From the NCBI GenBank assembly GCA_963777315.1, contig CAVZQC010000006.1, forward strand, positions 64,001 to 128,000: a stretch of DNA of 64,000 bases. Reading direction: 5' to 3'. Below are positions 53,662 to 62,692 of the stretch, piece by piece (within the stretch, counting starts at the first letter, position 1; each line of letters begins with the position of its first letter). A program made the position numbers and the translations under genes. Below the pieces are notes generated by a model. It did not search any database. It was not told the origin of the DNA and worked only from the letters and a program-made list of their open reading frames with translations. The stretch comes from Vulcanimicrobiota bacterium (GTDB taxonomy: Bacteria; Vulcanimicrobiota; Vulcanimicrobiia; Vulcanimicrobiales; Vulcanimicrobiaceae).

Positions 53662-54334
53662 GCGCGCCGTCCTTTCGAATGACGGCCGGAATCGTTCTGA
53701 TCAATATCCCGATGTCGCCCAGCGGCGACCACGTATCGATGTACTCGTTGTCCAGGCGCATCCACTCTTCGAACGAAACGCTGCAGCGGCCGTTGATTTG
53801 CCACAGGCAGGTAATGCCCGGAATGACCGCGAGGCGCCGCAGCGCGTACGGCGTGTAATGCTCGACTTCGCTGGGCAGCGGCGGCCGGGGGCCGACGAGC
53901 GACATCTCGCCCCGCAGCACGTTGAACAAGTTGGGCAGCTCGTCGATACTGGTTCGGCGCAGCAGTTTGCCCAGCGGATGCACGCGCGGATCGTTTTTGA
54001 TCTTGAACACGGGACCGTCCGCTTCGTTCAAGTGCACGAGATCGTCGCGCATTTCATGCGCGCCTTCCACCATGGTGCGCAGTTTGAACATGCGAAAGTG
54101 CCGGCCGCCGCGTCCCACGCGCTGCTGGCAGTAGAACGGCGATCCGCGATCGACCAGCACGATCGCAAGCGCCGCCAGCCCGATGACCGGGAGTGCGGCG
54201 GCGGTGAGAAGCACGCCGAGTACGAGGTCGGTCAGACGCTTGACGAGGGGCCAGGCCGCGGGAATATTTCGAGGCGCACTCGTCTGCCCGTATTCGGCCG
54301 GCGCGATGCGGCGCCGTTCGTCCGCTAGTTGCAC
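53657..54334 (-). CDS. Priming sugar transferase (polyprenyl-phosphate glycosyl-1-phosphate transferase)
   Basis: KRLTDL, FKLRTM, DPRV, SIDELPNLFNVLRGEMSLVGPRP, PGITCLWQINGR. Confidence 0.95.
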   Translation of the reverse strand: MQLADERRRIAPAEYGQTSAPRNIPAAWPLVKRLTDLVLGVLLTAAALPVIGLAALAIVLVDRGSPFYCQQRVGRGGRHFRMFKLRTMVEGAHEMRDDLVHLNEADGPVFKIKNDPRVHPLGKLLRRTSIDELPNLFNVLRGEMSLVGPRPPLPSEVEHYTPYALRRLAVIPGITCLWQINGRCSVSFEEWMRLDNEYIDTWSPLGDIGILIRTIPAVIRKDGAH

Positions 54335-55470
54335 GCGGCCTCGCGGCTGTGCAGCGAAAAAGCTGCAGCGACCGTTTTGCCGACGTAATCCATTCCCTCG
54401 ATGATGCCGAGATCGGCGCCGTCGCGGCGGCCGCCGACATGAACGAACGGCACGTACTCGCGAGTGTGATCGGTGCCGGGCGCGGTCGGATCGCAGCCGT
54501 GGTCCGCAGTGAAGATCATTTCGTCGCCCGGGCGCAGGAGCGATTCCAGCCTGGGAAGCAGTGCGTCGAGCGCGCCGAGCGCATCGGCATATCCGCGAAC
54601 GTTGCGGCGATGCCCGTATTTTGAATCGAAGTCATTGAGGTTCACGAAGACAAAGCCGCTTTCGATCCGCTCGAGCAGATCGAACGTCTTTTCCATAGCA
54701 TCACGATTATCGGCAACGCGCACCGACGTCTCTATGCCGCGTCCACAATAGATATCGCAGATTTTCCCCACCGCGTGAATGGGAACGCCCTTGCCCGCCA
54801 GCTCGTCAAGGATGCTCGGCGGCGGTTCGATTGCGTAGTCGCGGCGGTTCGCCGTGCGCAAAAAAGCGCCGGGCCGTCCGATGAACGGGCGAGCGATAAC
54901 ACGATTGACCGCGTGCGGTCCAGTCAGCATTGCGCGCGCGCGCTCGCACCAATCATAGAGCATCGGCAGCGGAACGACGCCCTCGTGCGCGGCCACTTGA
55001 AATACCGAATCCGCCGAGGTGTAAAGGATCGGGCGGCCGGTCGCGATGTGCTGCGGGCCCAGCTCCTCAATGATCTGCGTGCCGGACGCAGTGGTATTTC
55101 CAAGCGGTTCTTTGCCGGTGATGCGCGTGAACTTGTCGACTACTTCGGACGGAAAACCGCCCGGATACGTCGGGAATGGTACGTCGGTAACGATGCCGGC
55201 CATTTCCCAATGGCCCGTAATGGTATCTTTACCTTTGCTGCGCTCGGCAAGCCGGGCAACACGCGCGGCGGGAGCGGAAACGGACGCGACGCCGGCGATG
55301 TCCGTCAGCATACCGAGTCCCAATCGCTCGAAATTGGGCAACCGCAAGCCGCCTACGGCGCGAGCGGTGTTTCCAAGGGTATTAGCGCCCGGAGCATCGC
55401 CGTACCGCTGCGCATCCGGCAACGCACCCACACCCCCCGAATCGAGAACGATCGTCACAAATCGGGTCAT
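54325..55470 (-). CDS. deoB: Phosphopentomutase
   Basis: IVLDSGGVGALPDA, GKDTITGHWE, YTSADSVFQVAAHE, RVIARPF, DSKYGHRR, TADHGCDPT, HTREYVP. Confidence 0.96.
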   Translation of the reverse strand: MTRFVTIVLDSGGVGALPDAQRYGDAPGANTLGNTARAVGGLRLPNFERLGLGMLTDIAGVASVSAPAARVARLAERSKGKDTITGHWEMAGIVTDVPFPTYPGGFPSEVVDKFTRITGKEPLGNTTASGTQIIEELGPQHIATGRPILYTSADSVFQVAAHEGVVPLPMLYDWCERARAMLTGPHAVNRVIARPFIGRPGAFLRTANRRDYAIEPPPSILDELAGKGVPIHAVGKICDIYCGRGIETSVRVADNRDAMEKTFDLLERIESGFVFVNLNDFDSKYGHRRNVRGYADALGALDALLPRLESLLRPGDEMIFTADHGCDPTAPGTDHTREYVPFVHVGGRRDGADLGIIEGMDYVGKTVAAAFSLHSREAACN

Positions 55471-55551
55471 TGATCTTTCGCGATTCGCAGCCGCGCAAGG
55501 CCGCGCCTTCCGCAAGAGGCTCCGTTTCGAGCATCCCGAATCGGGCGGCTC

Positions 55552-57279
55552 GTGCTTTTTCTGCTCTTGGGCATCTTGCTTCACGTCAATGCGAGCAGCG
55601 TTCGATTCTACTACGATCGGTTTTTATTGGAAGCGGACGGCAACGTGAAGGTACGCACGAGCGACGGCATGACGATGACCGGCGACGCATTTTCGATGGA
55701 CCTCAAACTCAATCGCTTCGTGCTGGGCGGGCACGTGCACGTTCGCGATGCCGCGGGCGCGCAGGACGGCGCAGCGCTGGCGGATTTTTTAGACTACGAT
55801 CGGATCTATTTCGTCCCTATTCTGGGCTCGATGCCGGATCGCTGGACCTTCCTGAACGGCGATTTCGCGCATCCGGCAAAAGGCCGCCAAATGCCCGGCG
55901 ACACGTTCTTCTTTCCGGACTTGGGCGCGAGCAGCCCGTTTCTGATCTCGACGAGCGCAATCGTCGGCACGCGATCGTTCGTGCGCTTTTCCGGTAACCG
56001 CATCGACCTTGCCGGCGGGCTGGGCGCATACGTTCCGACGCCATCGTATTACGTCAACTTCTCGGACGACCAGCATTTGGGAGACAACTCGCTGGCGGGT
56101 GCGAATTACGACGCCACCTGGGAGTTCGCGGGCGGCGCGCACGCGATCAGCGCGCTGCATTTTCGGTACGACACGGTGAACAAAACGTATCTTTCATTCG
56201 AACAGCACCTGAGCGGTTCGAAAGCGTACGCCGTGTTCTCGATCAACCCGATGACGCGACCTTCGAAATTTTGGGACCTCGTGCTCTCGGATAAACCGTC
56301 GGCTACGTTTCAAGTCCGAACCTTCACGCAGCTGCACACTTTTGGGCACTGGCTCTCCCAGCCCGACGAGTCGCGCCAGTTCACCGTATTGCAGGCCGTT
56401 CAAGCGCTGCCGCGCTCGTTCGTGCAGCTCAGCGTCACCGATACGAATTTTTCGCTTTTGCCGCCGGCCCCCCAGGGTTACCACGGCATGGTGCCCGTCA
56501 TCGATCATCCCTGGCAGATGCTGCTGAGCGCGCAGACGTTCGATCACCGCATCGGCAAACTTCCGCTGTACGAACGAATCGGATACGGCTTCGGCTACAC
56601 CCACGACGCCGTGGGGCTGCAGACGCTGCAAGGCGCCACGTATACGACGATTTGGCAGCACGATCTCGATCTGCAGGCTTACGTCCCGTCGCTCAAGCTG
56701 GGCAGCAGCGCGCTGGAATCGAAAAATTATTACCTCAACGCCGCGTTCGAAAAAAATCGAACCTGGAGCTCGGTGCCGCACTACGTCGATCTCACGACTA
56801 CGCGGTTCAGCTTGAGCCGCGTCTTCGACCGGCATTTCGTATCGTTCCTGAACTACTCGGTGCAGAACATCGGCGACTACTACGGCGCGCTGCAGAACTT
56901 TGCGTATCCGTCCTTCGTCCCGGTGGTGAACGGCACCGCGTATCCGGGCTATGCCGCCTTCCAGGGAAAAGCCACGTTCCGCGAACTCGCGCTGGGCGTC
57001 AATTACGGCAACGCCGGCAACCTGGCCGCGTCTTTGCTCCTGCGCAAGCACGACGACTTTCCGGCTCCGGTTCCCGGGCTGTTCCAGCCGCCGCCGCTGG
57101 ACGTGCTGGGGCGCCAAATCAACGGGCAAGACTATTTGGGCGAACCGCCTTACGACGTGACGGCGGACGTGCGCGTGCGCGTCAACTCGCACATGTCGGT
57201 CGACGTGTCGCGAGCGTATTATTTCAACTTCGGCAACCAGCGCTGGAGCCCGCAGTTCATCATTCAGGTAATGCAGTGA
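55552..57279 (+). CDS. Putative outer-membrane beta-barrel with an OstA-like N-terminus (LptD-like)
   Basis: LLEADGNVKV...MTGDAFSMDL...GHVHV jellyroll-like start. Aromatic-rich amphipathic strands run to the C-terminal FIIQVMQ. Family assignment tentative. Confidence 0.5.
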   Translation: MLFLLLGILLHVNASSVRFYYDRFLLEADGNVKVRTSDGMTMTGDAFSMDLKLNRFVLGGHVHVRDAAGAQDGAALADFLDYDRIYFVPILGSMPDRWTFLNGDFAHPAKGRQMPGDTFFFPDLGASSPFLISTSAIVGTRSFVRFSGNRIDLAGGLGAYVPTPSYYVNFSDDQHLGDNSLAGANYDATWEFAGGAHAISALHFRYDTVNKTYLSFEQHLSGSKAYAVFSINPMTRPSKFWDLVLSDKPSATFQVRTFTQLHTFGHWLSQPDESRQFTVLQAVQALPRSFVQLSVTDTNFSLLPPAPQGYHGMVPVIDHPWQMLLSAQTFDHRIGKLPLYERIGYGFGYTHDAVGLQTLQGATYTTIWQHDLDLQAYVPSLKLGSSALESKNYYLNAAFEKNRTWSSVPHYVDLTTTRFSLSRVFDRHFVSFLNYSVQNIGDYYGALQNFAYPSFVPVVNGTAYPGYAAFQGKATFRELALGVNYGNAGNLAASLLLRKHDDFPAPVPGLFQPPPLDVLGRQINGQDYLGEPPYDVTADVRVRVNSHMSVDVSRAYYFNFGNQRWSPQFIIQVMQ

Positions 57280-58061
57280 AACGCGCGCTTTCGGCCGTTG
57301 CGCTCGCGCTCGTACTGGCCGGCGCCGCGACGGGCGCAACGACTGTCACGGGACAAATTTTGGACTACGAAAGGGGCTATCTGTTCTTCACCACGGGTGA
57401 CGGCTTTCGCGTTGCGCCCGATGCGACGATCGTCGGCGTTCCGCGAGCGCGCCGCTACGCGCGCGTCACCTTCGACGCTTCCGGCACGATCGTGCGGGTG
57501 GAAGTTTCTTCGCTCAAGCTGCCGCCTGAAGGCGATCTCGGCGCGCTCGCACGCTTTGCCGTCGCGATGTCCACGCCGGCACCCAATCCGGACCTTGCGC
57601 CCGCTCAAAGAGCCGGTCGCTGCTCGCGCACCGTGCGCGGCAAGCTCGTCGCCGTAACGATCAACGTTCAAGTGCCGCCGACCACTGCACTGACCGACAC
57701 GGTGTACATGACCAGCGACCAAAGCGGATGGAACGCTCAAGCATACAGACTCGATCGCATCGACGCACTGCACTACCGCACCATGCTCAAGCTGTACTCC
57801 GGAACCACCATGCACGTGCTGTTCGATCGCGGATCGGCGCAATCGATTCAGGTCGCGGAAAACGGCATCGAGCAGCAGCCCTATCTGCTGTGCATCGGCG
57901 ACGAAGACGCGCAGGCGTTTCGCAGCGTGGTCTACCGCTGGGCCGACGAACAAAGCGGTCCCGGCGGCCAGATACCGCAGACGTTTCCCACGCCCTACAA
58001 TCCCGCGCCGTTTCCGAACCTGCCCACGCCGCCGCCGCGGCCTTCGCCGCTACCGCACTGA
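57276..58061 (+). CDS. Exported protein with a CBM20 (starch-binding)-like C-terminal domain
   Basis: Signal peptide; VTINVQVPPTT...DTVYMT...GWN...FDRGS...VYRWADE follows the CBM20 pattern; Pro-rich tail. GTGA overlap. Confidence 0.6.
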   Translation: MKRALSAVALALVLAGAATGATTVTGQILDYERGYLFFTTGDGFRVAPDATIVGVPRARRYARVTFDASGTIVRVEVSSLKLPPEGDLGALARFAVAMSTPAPNPDLAPAQRAGRCSRTVRGKLVAVTINVQVPPTTALTDTVYMTSDQSGWNAQAYRLDRIDALHYRTMLKLYSGTTMHVLFDRGSAQSIQVAENGIEQQPYLLCIGDEDAQAFRSVVYRWADEQSGPGGQIPQTFPTPYNPAPFPNLPTPPPRPSPLPH

Positions 58062-58499
58062 TATCGGCAGGTCGCGCTCGACGCTGCCTGCGCCGTTCGA
58101 TGCCTGAATCTGCGCGGTGTACCGGCCGCGCAGAAAAAACGGAATGTGCGGCAAGCGATACGTCCACTCCCAAATGCCGGCGTGCGTTTGCGGAATATGG
58201 ACGGTATGCCCGGCCAGATGAATTTGCACGCTGGCCACGTTGGTCGAAGTCACGATCGTGCCGCTCACCGTTTCGCCGCTGTGAAACACGGGGTCGCTCA
58301 GCATCACCGCCAAAATTTGCGGCGGCGCATTGTCCGGCAAAACCAGGGGCGTGGGCAGCGGGGACGGCGACGGCGCGGCTTGCGCTCCGGGGGCAGGAAC
58401 CGGTGAAGGCAAGGGCAGCGCCGGCGGCATTTGCGCGGTTGCCAGCACGAGCGCCGCTGCGGCAAAGAGCCGTGCGATCGGCACGCCGTTCGATCTCAC
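58050..58499 (-). CDS. Hypothetical exported Ig-like protein, paralogue B
   Basis: Signal, Pro-rich linker, PQILAV...GTIVTSTNVASV...YRLPHIPFFLRGRY. Confidence 0.75.
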   Translation of the reverse strand: MRSNGVPIARLFAAAALVLATAQMPPALPLPSPVPAPGAQAAPSPSPLPTPLVLPDNAPPQILAVMLSDPVFHSGETVSGTIVTSTNVASVQIHLAGHTVHIPQTHAGIWEWTYRLPHIPFFLRGRYTAQIQASNGAGSVERDLPISVR

Positions 58500-59086
58500 T
58501 GCAGCGTAATGGGGACCGTCGAACTAACGGCCTGCCCGCCGGCGTTACGCGCGATCACTTGGACTGCGTACGTTCGATGCAGAAAGAACGGCAGCGAAGG
58601 CACGCGATACGTCAGCGCAAAGCGGCCCACGCCAATCTTTTGCATATGCGCCGCGTACCCGCCGACGCGCGCCTCCACGCTGGCGACGTTCGACGACGTC
58701 AGCACGATGCCGGAAAGGACTTGGCCCGCGTGCGCAACGGGTGCGCTCAACGACATCGCAAGGATGCGCGGAGGTTCCGCGGGCGAAGCTCGAACGACGG
58801 GCGGCACGCTCGCGGACGGCGCCAAGGTAACGGAAGCGTCCGGTGCGGACGACACGGGCGCCGCAGTGCTTTGCGCGGCGGAGGACGGCTGCACGGGCAC
58901 GTACACGACCGGACCGGGTGTCTTCGCCGGAGTCGCGGTCGGCACAGCCGTGACGGCTTGGACGGGCGCCGGTGCCGCCGTACCGGGCCTCCCGATGTGG
59001 CTGTACCACTCCAAGGCGACCACGGCGCACGCAACGATCAGCGCAGCGGCAAAGCCGGCGGCGGTGCGGCTATCCATCATCTTCAT
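58496..59086 (-). CDS. Hypothetical membrane-anchored Ig-like protein, paralogue A
   Basis: TM segment, Pro/Ala linker, PRILAM...GIVLTSSNVASV...YRVPSLPFFLHRTY. GTGA overlap with paralogue B. Confidence 0.75.
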   Translation of the reverse strand: MKMMDSRTAAGFAAALIVACAVVALEWYSHIGRPGTAAPAPVQAVTAVPTATPAKTPGPVVYVPVQPSSAAQSTAAPVSSAPDASVTLAPSASVPPVVRASPAEPPRILAMSLSAPVAHAGQVLSGIVLTSSNVASVEARVGGYAAHMQKIGVGRFALTYRVPSLPFFLHRTYAVQVIARNAGGQAVSSTVPITLQ

Positions 59087-59165
59087 CTACTTCGGCCAAC
59101 GGTCGGCCGATACACAACCGTTCCCTGCACGAAAAGTCTCCGCGTCCGGCGAACGCAAGGCCGGA

Positions 59166-60143
59166 ATGGCCGTTACCGCACCGCCGGCCCCTACGCTCAG
59201 CGTCGTCGTTCCCCTGTATAACGAAGAGGGAAACGTCGCGCCGCTGCTCGAGCGAATCGCCGGCATCGTCGAGCGTTTGCCCGGTGCGCCGCCATACGAA
59301 ATCGTGCTGGTGAACGACGGCAGCACCGATCGCACCCAGGTGCGTATTCGCGAACAACTCCTGCGCCGGCCCAATCTCGTCTTGGTCAATCTGTCGCGCA
59401 ACTTCGGCCATCAACTGGCCGCGACGGCAGGCCTGGACGCCGCGCGCGGCGAGGCCGTCATTCTGATGGACGGCGACCTGCAGGATCCGCCCGAACTGAT
59501 CGAGCGGTTCGTGGAAAGCTGGCGGCAAGGCAGCGACGTAGTTTACGCGGTGCGGCGTTCGCGCAAAGGCGAAAGCATTTTCAAACTGCTGACCGCGCGG
59601 GTCTTCTATCGTACGATCAAGCGACTCACGAACGTTTCGATTCCGGTCGATACCGGCGATTTCCGGCTCATGAGCCGCCGCGTCGTCGAGGCGCTCAAGT
59701 CATCGCGCGAACGTCACCGTTTTCTGCGCGGGCTGGTCAGTTGGGCGGGCTACGAGCAGATCGGCATCGAGTACGACCGTCAAGAGCGCTTCTCGGGTTC
59801 CACGAAGTACCCGCTGCGCAAAATGCTCACGTTTGCGATAGACGGCATCACGTCGTTTTCGGACGTGCCGCTTCGCTTCGCATCGTACTTGGGCTTCACG
59901 GTCAGCACCGCCGCCTTCATCTATGCCCTGATCATCGTCATCTTTCGCGCCTTCCGGCTCGGAACGCCCGAATACGCGCGCGGCTGGGCGTCCACGATGG
60001 TCGTGATTCTGTTTCTGGGGGGCGTGCAGCTGATCGGCATCGGCATTCTGGGCGAATATCTGGGACGAATCTACGATGAGGTCAAAGCCCGGCCGCTGTA
60101 TTTGGTGGCCGGAGTCGAACGCAGCAGCGCGGATCAGTCGTAA
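59166..60143 (+). CDS. GtrB/ArnC-like polyprenol-phosphate glycosyltransferase (GT2)
   Basis: VVPLYNEE, VNDGSTD, LSRNFGHQLA, MDGDLQDPPE, TGDFRLM, two C-terminal TM helices, GEYLGRIY. Confidence 0.93.
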   Translation: MAVTAPPAPTLSVVVPLYNEEGNVAPLLERIAGIVERLPGAPPYEIVLVNDGSTDRTQVRIREQLLRRPNLVLVNLSRNFGHQLAATAGLDAARGEAVILMDGDLQDPPELIERFVESWRQGSDVVYAVRRSRKGESIFKLLTARVFYRTIKRLTNVSIPVDTGDFRLMSRRVVEALKSSRERHRFLRGLVSWAGYEQIGIEYDRQERFSGSTKYPLRKMLTFAIDGITSFSDVPLRFASYLGFTVSTAAFIYALIIVIFRAFRLGTPEYARGWASTMVVILFLGGVQLIGIGILGEYLGRIYDEVKARPLYLVAGVERSSADQS

Positions 60144-61375
60144 AAGAGCGGCGGAGGTTCGACGGGCCGGTCGCGCAAGGTAAATGCCGAGCTCAATTCG
60201 TCTGCGCCCGCACGCTGCGCGCCGTAGGCGTACAGCAGCGTTTGGCCCGGCGTGACGCGATCTCCGATGCGCGCCGTAACGCGCAAGCCGCCCAGCGCAT
60301 CATGCGAACTCAGGTTGCGGGCGGCGTTTCCGAGCCGCACGACGTCGACCGCGCGCACGTATCCCGCTTCGCGCGCGGGTACGGGCTCCGCGCCGCCGGC
60401 ATGCATGGCTTCGAACGCCTGCGGATCGCCGTGCTGCGCGCGGATCATCTCCACCAGCTTGGCGTAGCCCATGCCGTTGTCGAGAGCGCGCGCGACCCGG
60501 GTTTGAGCGTCGTCCAACCCGCATTCCTCCACGAGCGCGGCGGCTATCGCGAGCACGACTTCGCGCGCGCGCGAATCGCCCGCTCCGCGTAGAAAATCGC
60601 GCGCTTCGATCGCTTCCAATCCCGGACCGATGCAGCGCCCCAGCGGCTGGTTCATGTCCGTGACGAACGCGCGCGCGCGCCGGCCGAAACGTCCGGCGAT
60701 TTCGACGAGCAGGCGCGCCAGCTCGCGCGCCTCCCGTGCATGCGGCACGAACGACGCGGCGCCGGTCTTTACGTCGAACACGAACGCGTCCGCGCCGCCC
60801 GCTATCTTCTTTGAAACGATCGATGCGGCGATCAATCCCGTTGCCGGAACCGTCGCGGTGCGGTCGCGCAACCGGTAGATGCGCTTGTCCGCCGGGACGA
60901 TCTCGTCGCTTTGCGCGGCGATGGCGCAGCCGACGCCGCGCACCTGCGCGACGAATGCGTGCGGCGTCATAGCAACGCGAAAACCCGGGATGCTCTCGAG
61001 CTTGTCGATCGTTCCGCCGGTGTGTCCCAGAGCGCGGCCCGAGAGCTTGGCCACGTGCGCACCGCAGGCCGCCGCCAGCGGAACGGCCGCGATCGAAACG
61101 AGATCGCTCACGCCGCCGCTGCTGTGCTTGTCGACGACCGGGGTCGAACCTTCAAACGCGATCGTCGTACCGCTGGCCACCATAGCGCCCGTGAGCGCGT
61201 ACGATTCGTCGACCGACATGCCGCGCCACACGCATGCCATGCACAACGCAGCCATCTGCGCTTCGTCGATCGCTCCGCGCATAAACGCGCTTACGACCGC
61301 GGCCCACTCGTGTGGCTGCAGCTCCGCTCCGTCGCGCTTGCGCACGATCAGGGCCCGCATCGCGCTCTCGTCCAT
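60134..61375 (-). CDS. pdp: Pyrimidine-nucleoside (thymidine) phosphorylase
   Basis: RKRDG, VDKHSSGGV, KLSGRALGHTGGTIDKLESIPG, PADKRIYRLRD, SIVSKKIA, DMNQPLG. Confidence 0.93.
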   Translation of the reverse strand: MDESAMRALIVRKRDGAELQPHEWAAVVSAFMRGAIDEAQMAALCMACVWRGMSVDESYALTGAMVASGTTIAFEGSTPVVDKHSSGGVSDLVSIAAVPLAAACGAHVAKLSGRALGHTGGTIDKLESIPGFRVAMTPHAFVAQVRGVGCAIAAQSDEIVPADKRIYRLRDRTATVPATGLIAASIVSKKIAGGADAFVFDVKTGAASFVPHAREARELARLLVEIAGRFGRRARAFVTDMNQPLGRCIGPGLEAIEARDFLRGAGDSRAREVVLAIAAALVEECGLDDAQTRVARALDNGMGYAKLVEMIRAQHGDPQAFEAMHAGGAEPVPAREAGYVRAVDVVRLGNAARNLSSHDALGGLRVTARIGDRVTPGQTLLYAYGAQRAGADELSSAFTLRDRPVEPPPLFYD

Positions 61376-61381
61376 TGCTGC

Positions 61382-62692
61382 GTGGATTTCGCACCCCTCC
61401 CGGCGAAGCCCGCCCGCGTGATCCTCGAGCCGCTCACGGCCATCCTATACGTCGCGTTTTTTGCCGCGGTCGCGCTCATGACGATGCGCAGGCCGGTGCA
61501 CGGCGTTTGCATACTGCTGATCGTGCAACCGTTTGCGTTCTATCAGAGCGTGGAGGCTACCACGATCACGCTCCCCAAGGTGGCGCTGGTGGGCGTGCTG
61601 CTGGGCATAGCGGCGTACCGCGACGCGTTCGCGCCGGTGGGCGCGAAAGTACCGTGGCGGATCCTCACCGCCGGCATGTTCGTGCTCGCTGCAACGATCG
61701 TGTCGCTCGCGCACGCGGCGTATCACGGTCCGGTCCTGCGCGAAACGCTCAAAACGCTGGAATACATCGTGCTGTTTTGCGTCGTGGTTGCCGCTTATCG
61801 CCTAGAACCCAACCGGAGCTCCGTTCGCACGGCGATTCTCGCCACGACGATCGCCGTGGCACTGCTGGCGCTCGCGCAGGAAGTGCTCGGAGCTCCGTCG
61901 GCAATGCTGCTCAACGGACATACGATCCCGCGCATTGCCGGACCACTCGAAGGGCCAAATCAGCTTGCCGGCTATTTCGACGTCGCATTACCGCTGGCGA
62001 TGGCGCTTGCCGTGGAAGAGCCGTCGCTGCCGGCCGGCGTGGCGCTGTTCCTGATCGCCGTTACCGACGTGCTCACGTTTTCGCGCGGAGGGTCGATCGG
62101 CGCGGTTGCCGCGATCGCGACCGTGGCGCTGGTATCGCGCAGAAACTTGCGGCCGGTTTTTACGGCCTTGGGCGCCGGGCTTGCCGTAGGTTTGGGCGTT
62201 GCGGTGTCGTGGGGCATCGTGGCCGACACGATCGGCCTGGAACGCTTTTGGGATTTTCGCCAGTCCGACTATGCCGGCGGCGTCGGCACGCGGCCGGAAC
62301 TCTGGCGCGCGGCATGGACGCTGTGGCGAAACCATCCCCTCTTCGGCGTGGGCGCGGGGAACTTCGAACGTGAGATCCCGCTCACGGGTTTGCACGGAGT
62401 GCGCACGCACGCGAACAGCCTGTACCTGCAAGCGCTGGTCGAGGGCGGCATTCCGCTGTTCGCGGCAACGCTGTGGCTGGTGTATACGTCGATTGCAACG
62501 TTCGCGCGGGAGGCGCTGCGCTCGCCGTTCGTGCTGGCTGCATTTGCGGCGAGCATCGCGCTCGCGCTGCACCAAGTGGTCGATTTTCTCACTTTTTATC
62601 CCAAGGTCGGAGGCGAATGGTGGATCGCGCTCGCGCTTGGCGCGGCGGAACTTGCCGCCCTGACTCCCGTGAAACGAGCGGCGTGCGCGTAG
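61382..62692 (+). CDS. O-antigen ligase (WaaL/Wzy_C)-family membrane protein
   Basis: RIAGPLEGPNQLAGY, TFSRGG, RPELWRAA, PLFGVGAGNF, HANSLYLQALVEGG. Confidence 0.9.
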   Translation: MDFAPLPAKPARVILEPLTAILYVAFFAAVALMTMRRPVHGVCILLIVQPFAFYQSVEATTITLPKVALVGVLLGIAAYRDAFAPVGAKVPWRILTAGMFVLAATIVSLAHAAYHGPVLRETLKTLEYIVLFCVVVAAYRLEPNRSSVRTAILATTIAVALLALAQEVLGAPSAMLLNGHTIPRIAGPLEGPNQLAGYFDVALPLAMALAVEEPSLPAGVALFLIAVTDVLTFSRGGSIGAVAAIATVALVSRRNLRPVFTALGAGLAVGLGVAVSWGIVADTIGLERFWDFRQSDYAGGVGTRPELWRAAWTLWRNHPLFGVGAGNFEREIPLTGLHGVRTHANSLYLQALVEGGIPLFAATLWLVYTSIATFAREALRSPFVLAAFAASIALALHQVVDFLTFYPKVGGEWWIALALGAAELAALTPVKRAACA

